Virus record (IMG/VR): IMGVR_UViG_3300032893_000010 | Location: 32,001-96,000 of that record | Strand: one strand, 5' to 3' | Origin: a virus | Length of the DNA stretch: 64,000 nt | In this document: piece after piece, positions 59,425 to 64,000 of the stretch | Layout: each line of letters opens with the position of its first letter | Position numbering within the stretch: the first letter of the stretch is position 1 | Made by a program: the position numbers and the translations under genes | Notes under the pieces: generated by a model | The model's input: only the letters and a program-made list of their open reading frames with translations | Databases searched by the model: none | What the model was told of the DNA's origin: nothing

Positions 59425-59567
59425 GATGATGTTGCGTAGGCACATCAGACTGCTGAACCATAGCTGTGAATATGGTAACTGCGAGAACAGTATAAACTAC
59501 AGGCATGATAAACGAGCCTTGACAGTTACCTATCTTGCCGTAGGTGGCCAGAAAAACTGTCAACTAT

Positions 59568-59641
59568 GGCGTTCGTGGCAGATAGGTAATGCAACGGTTT
59601 GTGGGACCGTGCAATGTGGGTTCGAATCCCATCGTTCGCCC
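59568..59641 (+). tRNA. tRNA-His(GTG)
   Basis: G-1 present; ACGGT-TTGTGGG-ACCGT; GTGGG-TTCGAAT-CCCAT. Confidence 0.85.
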
Positions 59642-59712
59642 CGGTGTGATCTTGTATGTTCTAACTGCCACGCAGAGAGAACATGGCAAAGACTACAGCA
59701 AAAGAAAAATGA
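59642..59712 (+). pseudogene. C-terminal scrap of an HNH endonuclease
   Basis: CDLVCSNCHAERTWQRLQQKK begins at the tRNA-His 3' end. Confidence 0.65.
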
Positions 59713-59715
59713 CAT

Positions 59716-59842
59716 GCTTATATGTGAGATAGCAACGGAACCAACAGAAAGCTGAAGTACAAGGCAATCTGGCCGGTCTATGGCACAGTTTCAGAGTATG
59801 GCCAAACTTGAGACACTGGTTCGAGTCCAGTTATAAGTGCTA
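59716..59842 (+). ncRNA. tRNA-like RNA with expanded anticodon arm
   Basis: GCTTATA/TATAAGT acceptor, ACTGG-TTCGAGT-CCAGT T-arm, ~125 nt. Confidence 0.55.
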
Positions 59843-60151
59843 AGGGTTGAATGGTTATCCCGAACAAGAGAATCAAATACTATAAACAGTCTCTTCGTCA
59901 AAAACCATCGTAAATTTAATTTACTTAGATCGGAGGTAGTCTTAATGGCCAAGTTCCACGCACGTCCATCTCTCCAGTATCGTTACGAACACTACGACCC
60001 ACGTTTCTAAGTTAGTTTCAAGTGCACCCATACTTCTTGGGTGCACCCATATTATCTCAGGGAAGGTGCTTGAGCCAGGGTTGGTGAGGGACTAAAGGGT
60101 CTTGAAGCGCATGAGGGCCGGATAGTTGTGTACTCTGAGATAATATTACAT

Positions 60152-60224
60152 GCGGCTATAGCTCAGTGGATAGAGCGATAGACTACGGATCTATAGGTCG
60201 GGAGTTCAAGTCTCTCTAGCTGCG
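60152..60224 (+). tRNA. tRNA-Arg(ACG)
   Basis: GCGGCTA/TAGCTGC; ATAGA-CTACGGA-TCTAT. Confidence 0.9.
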
Positions 60225-60325
60225 CGGGGAATGTTGGTCTTTATGGCGCATACGGTTTGGAAGCAACCCCATAAAAGCACAGTAAACCGTTCCACTGAGC
60301 CGGACAGTATATTCCGGTATTTTGC

Positions 60326-60399
60326 TGGCTCTTAATTCAGTCGGTTAGAATGCTTGCCTGATATGCAAGATGTCACAGGTTCAAATCCTGTAGAGCCAA
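60326..60399 (+). tRNA. tRNA-Ile(GAT)
   Basis: TGGCTCT/AGAGCCA; CTTGC-CTGATAT-GCAAG. Confidence 0.88.
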
Positions 60400-60435
60400 C
60401 GGAATCTGATTCCTTCCAGTTCATCGGAGGTAATT

Positions 60436-60876
60436 ATGTGTGAACATTTAGAGGCGAGAGTAATAGCGTGGGAAGTAATACAAGGACATAAATACCTCTA
60501 CATGTACTGCTACGCCTGTGATAAGGCATGGACAGAAACTGAACCAGTAGTGAGGAGGGAACACGAACCAGAGTAGGATGCAGGATGAAAAAGAATATTA
60601 GCTGGAGGAGAGAATGGCTGTGAATCCTGAATGCTGCCCCCATACTAATGCTCATGAAACAGGCAGGACTACGAAGAACGGCATGACAGTAATTTTCATG
60701 CATTGCGATACTTGCGGAAAGAACTTCAAAGAACAAGAATAATGTCTAAGTCATGTAACCACGCAGACAGAACGTATCAATGTTCTGTTGTTAACCCGAA
60801 AAAAAGTATTCGCACTACGTACTGGTATTGTAATGACTGCCACAAGTTCTTTACTGAAGAAGAAGACATGGATTAG
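60436..60876 (+). CDS. Three paralogous CxH...CxxC microproteins (60436-60576, 60614-60742, 60742-60876)
   Basis: GGAGG RBSs / TAATG overlap; CEH..CYACDKAWTE, CPH..CDTCGKNFKE, CNH..CNDCHKFFTE. Confidence 0.7.
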
Positions 60877-60949
60877 GCTCTGTTAGCTCAGAGGAAAGAG
60901 CACAAGTTTCCTAAACTTGGTGCCGCTGGTTCGAGTCCAGCACAGAGCG
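60877..60949 (+). tRNA. tRNA-Arg(CCT)
   Basis: GCTCTGT/ACAGAGC; CAAGT-TTCCTAA-ACTTG. Confidence 0.92.
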
Positions 60950-60954
60950 CGATC

Positions 60955-61256
60955 CCGCCTATTCATGAAAGCGCTGAAAGTACGAATAGGAAATGGAAGA
61001 TCGAAACCGTCTTGAGTCCTTGACGGTGCGGATCGAAAAGTCAGGCATGACTTATTGGACTTGACGTAAACTGGTATTAACCTAGGATAAAGCCAGAGTG
61101 TGTAAACATGCAAAATGCTCCGACTGGTGCAGGGTACAGTGTCCGAAATGCCATAGGCTAAGTGTGTCGGTCCAGTAAGGAGAAAAACCTCTGCAACAAT
61201 GGTGCTTATGTATTCGCGGACGATATACCGATGCCGAGATTCACAGAACACCATTT
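60955..61256 (+). ncRNA. Candidate ~300-nt structured RNA between two Arg tRNAs
   Basis: About seven consecutive stems, no RBS-supported ORF. Confidence 0.45.
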
Positions 61257-61258
61257 CA

Positions 61259-61330
61259 GCCTCTATAGTACAAGGGAGAGTGCAAGGGTCTTCTAAGCCC
61301 TTAATCCGGGTTCGAATCCTGGTGGAGGCG
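61259..61330 (+). tRNA. tRNA-Arg(TCT)
   Basis: GCCTCTA/TGGAGGC; AGGGT-CTTCTAA-GCCCT. Confidence 0.9.
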
Positions 61331-61342
61331 CAGCCTGGGTGA

Positions 61343-61524
61343 GTACGTTTAACTATCCCGGCAATTGGCCAACTGCGGAAGATAGTATGTAAAACCCTGT
61401 CAGTCATGGAAAGTAATGGTTCCTGTGCTATAGACTGACTGTGAAGCAGGACGCTGACAATAAGTGATAGGCTAACGAGTGACCATTACCTTATAAGGTT
61501 AGCTGGAATCCGCCTGCAACGTAC
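61343..61524 (+). ncRNA. Candidate kissing-loop ncRNA
   Basis: Five stems plus loop-loop GTAATGGT/ACCATTAC. Confidence 0.55.
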
Positions 61525-61656
61525 ACTTAATTTTCGGGAGGTAACATGAAATGGGAAGGTTGTACTAGAAGCACTACTGGTGGCCATTATTTTGTTAAGA
61601 TAAATGGTAACTGGGTTTGCAAATTGTGCGGAGAACCTAAATAATGCACATTTTTA

Positions 61657-61728
61657 GCTCCCGTAGCTCAATGGCAGAGCAGGAGACTTTTAATCTCTTG
61701 GTTCCGGGTTCAAGTCCTGGTGGGAGTA
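61657..61728 (+). tRNA. tRNA-Lys(TTT)
   Basis: GCTCCCG/TGGGAGT; GGAGA-CTTTTAA-TCTCT. Confidence 0.92.
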
Positions 61729-62195
61729 CGGCTACTATTTGCACGTAGCAACTGGGCCGCAGTTTTGCATGTTCTGAGGTGAATGAGACAAAACATGCAG
61801 AGGAGCTAATATGGATATAAAGCCTGTTCTTTACGATCTTACATGTACTCAGTGCGGAGTAAGGTTCAGTATGATGAGTCCTACGGGGCCTAGTAATATC
61901 TGCGATGAGTGCGCTGGTATACTGATGGAAGTGCTGTGGGGACCAGATTTCAGGTCTGTTAAGAACTAAGTAACATTCTGCGGAGGATGTATGCCTTTAA
62001 GAGAGGGACCGCCCTGTAATACCTGCAATGGTCCTACATTCATAAGCACTAACGCGAATAAGATTTCTACTACTTACTGTGCCGGATGCACTCGACTACC
62101 GGACAAATGTACTTGTAAATAAACTGTACTGGAGTAATTAACCAGGAAAGTAAGGTGCAGTAAGGTTCGATTCCTTGCAGGATTGCACCTTATGG

Positions 62196-62274
62196 TGGGC
62201 GGTATACCCTCTGTCTTATAAACAGTAGAAAGGTTAGTAGGTACACGTGGGTTCAAGCCCCACTCGCCCAACTA
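62196..62274 (+). tRNA. Atypical tRNA-Ile(TAT)-like RNA lacking a normal D-arm
   Basis: TGGGCGG/TCGCCCA; CTGT-CTTATAA-ACAG; GTGGG-TTCAAGC-CCCAC. Confidence 0.6.
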
Positions 62275-62288
62275 AGGAGTTTTGATAC

Positions 62289-62495
62289 ATGAAACAACCT
62301 GAAGAAGTCTATCTGGTGACACAGTATGACAGTAAGCCTGATTTCTATCATCCCGCTAAGTCAGTTAAGCTTATGAGCAGGAAAGCGATGCAGATGAAGA
62401 TTGCATCCTGGCCATCTGACAGGATGAGCTTTACTATATTGCGTGCTCATATAACTGACTGGGAAGATGTAACAGAAGAACTAATAGGAGGTTAA
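62289..62495 (+). CDS. Hypothetical protein
   Basis: AAGGAG RBS; W.DVT C-terminus. Confidence 0.65.
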   Translation: MKQPEEVYLVTQYDSKPDFYHPAKSVKLMSRKAMQMKIASWPSDRMSFTILRAHITDWEDVTEELIGG

Positions 62496-62636
62496 CATGA
62501 CATTTCATTATGGACACAGTTGGCTGATTTTCTCTGATATAATCTTAAATATCCCACCTCAAACATAAGACAGGTAATGATCTGCCTGTAGTGGTTAAAC
62601 TGTGAGTGGATGCGGGACCACTTAAAAACACTAAAT

Positions 62637-62709
62637 GGGGTTTTAGCTCAGTTGGTAGAGCGCTAGTTTTGCACACTAGAGGTGAAGAGTTCGATTCTCT
62701 TAAGCTCCA
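62637..62709 (+). tRNA. tRNA-Ala(TGC)
   Basis: GGGGTTT/AAGCTCC with G3-U70; CTAGT-TTTGCAC-ACTAG. Confidence 0.92.
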
Positions 62710-62774
62710 CAAGCAAGCTTGACATAGAGTAGTGCCTGTGTGCCCTTGCGAGTCAGATCACAACTGACACTTAA

Positions 62775-62850
62775 CGGAATATGGCCAAGTTTGGTTTAAG
62801 GCGCGTGCTTTGGGAGCACGAGAGCGAAGGTTCGAATCCTTCTATTCCGA
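62775..62850 (+). tRNA. tRNA-Pro(TGG)
   Basis: CGGAATA/TATTCCG; CGTGC-TTTGGGA-GCACG. Confidence 0.92.
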
Positions 62851-62890
62851 CGGTTCAAGTCTTGTACGGCAGAAACGAAACTATTGATAC

Positions 62891-63502
62891 ATGAGGAAAA
62901 TAATGAAGGTAAGAGTATTAGCCGCTTCTGCGGCACTGGCTGTGACATCATTTTTTGGTCTTGCTGTTTCCGGGCATACTCCGGTTGCTTCTGCTTCGCA
63001 GATTCAGATATGCGGGCAGGACGGTTCTGGTTATTGCATGAACGACTGGAACAACGGAGGTTCCGGTAATGATGTCAAGATGAATAACGGCGGCACAGGT
63101 AACGAGTATTTTGAGGTAGAGCCTATCGACAGGTGTAGTGGCTCAGATAACACTACTTCTACTTGTCCAGACAGCTACACAGGCCCGGCAGGTGATTATA
63201 CCGCGCAGATCGTTTATTTCGGGATCTCAGGTCATGTTTACTGCATAGGCACAGGAGGTCTTGGACAGGGAGTGCTGACTACATGTAATAATGTCGGTAC
63301 TGGAACTGGCGGCGGCACTGGGACGGTGATAACAGTCGGAGGAGCTAATCTTGACAAGTTCTATGACAGTTATGAATCCCGCACTAACGGGGCTCTGGAA
63401 TGCGTAGAGTCTGGTGGCAATGTCGGTGTTGACCTGGCGATGAACCAGCTAGCATCTAATGGGTGCACGGGCTGGGGATATACTCTTACTAACACCTGGT
63501 AA
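62891..63502 (+). CDS. Secreted Cys/Gly-rich protein (possible ricin-B-like lectin)
   Basis: Signal peptide ending ASA; ICGQDGSGYCMNDW; paired Cys. Confidence 0.7.
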   Translation: MRKIMKVRVLAASAALAVTSFFGLAVSGHTPVASASQIQICGQDGSGYCMNDWNNGGSGNDVKMNNGGTGNEYFEVEPIDRCSGSDNTTSTCPDSYTGPAGDYTAQIVYFGISGHVYCIGTGGLGQGVLTTCNNVGTGTGGGTGTVITVGGANLDKFYDSYESRTNGALECVESGGNVGVDLAMNQLASNGCTGWGYTLTNTW

Positions 63503-63536
63503 TACTGTAAGTATCATATAATTAAAGGAAATTCTC

Positions 63537-64000
63537 ATGAAATTCAAGGCTATACTGGTCGCGCTTACGATAGCAGCAGTATCGTGTTTTGGTGCGGTGT
63601 CATCGGCTTCTGCTTCTTCTCAGGAAATATGCGGTAACGGAGGCAGCGGATACTGCCTTAACGACTGGGGAGGAGCTGACCGGGCAGGCGATGCTGTAAA
63701 GATGGAGTATGGTAACGGGACTAATGAGAATTTCCTTGATTATGCTTTGCTGAAGATGTGCGGATCGGGTAAGGTAACATCAACATGTCCTAATCTCGGC
63801 TTGGCCCAGAATGAACTTAAAGGTTTCAATCTTGTCGAGATAGTATATGGACCTGGAGGATGCGTAGCTGACAATGGAAGCGGTTACGCTGATCTGGGTA
63901 CGTGTCCCGATCAGTACGGTAACGGTGGTTCTAACGGAACCATATACATAGCATATCCAGAGAGCCCAGGATATTGCATTTATTACAACAGGTACTGGAC
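63537..64000 (+). CDS. Secreted paralog of 62891-63502 (3' partial)
   Basis: MKFKAILVALTIAAVSCFGAVSSASASSQEICGNGGSGYCLNDWGG...VKM...TNENF. Confidence 0.75.
   Translation, partial: MKFKAILVALTIAAVSCFGAVSSASASSQEICGNGGSGYCLNDWGGADRAGDAVKMEYGNGTNENFLDYALLKMCGSGKVTSTCPNLGLAQNELKGFNLVEIVYGPGGCVADNGSGYADLGTCPDQYGNGGSNGTIYIAYPESPGYCIYYNRYW

Noticed and set aside
59399-59755. 118-aa tracked ORF
   Set aside because: Runs through two tRNAs; only the HNH tail segment looks protein-derived
59716-61524. tmRNA or group I intron
   Set aside because: No Ala-type G3-U70 tRNA-like domain with a tag ORF, and no recognisable group I core

Overview
This is a 64-kb fragment of a large dsDNA phage with a contractile tail (baseplate J-like gene). 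The host is very probably actinobacterial: the window carries WhiB, an Rpf-type and a LysM transglycosylase, DUF1876, FmdB, a class 3 intein, a leaderless gene and SigA/HrdB-type promoters. By eye the DNA is far more AT-rich (roughly mid-40s % GC) than such hosts. Layout: baseplate/tail genes (1-6650); replication and recombination (DnaB, primase, Dam-like methylase, intein-containing SNF2 helicase, SSB, family A polymerase, RecA, two resolvase-like nucleases, WhiB, Cas4-like nuclease; 6.7-24.8 kb); SpoVS, very basic low-complexity proteins, an Acb2/Tad1-like protein and a divergent TGT/DpdA-like protein (24.9-33.7 kb); an early/host-takeover-like region dense in strong promoters, hairpins, palindromes and small genes, ending in 4 x ~48-bp repeats at a convergent strand switch (33.9-48.9 kb); a leftward operon (48.9-52.9 kb); PNK phosphatase, Rpf and papain-like peptidase (53-56.7 kb); and a tRNA cluster interleaved with structured non-tRNA RNAs and zinc-finger microproteins (56.9-62.9 kb). 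The most novel-looking signals all fall outside the supplied ORF track: a five-copy metallothionein-like microprotein family, a circularly permuted tRNA mimic (YrlA/Y-RNA-like), a kissing-loop ncRNA and several aberrant tRNAs, a family of covarying intergenic hairpins, an (AT)16 frameshift switch, a His-rich lipoprotein, and four pruned homing-endonuclease relics. All calls come from reading motifs by eye; no searches or folding computations were run.
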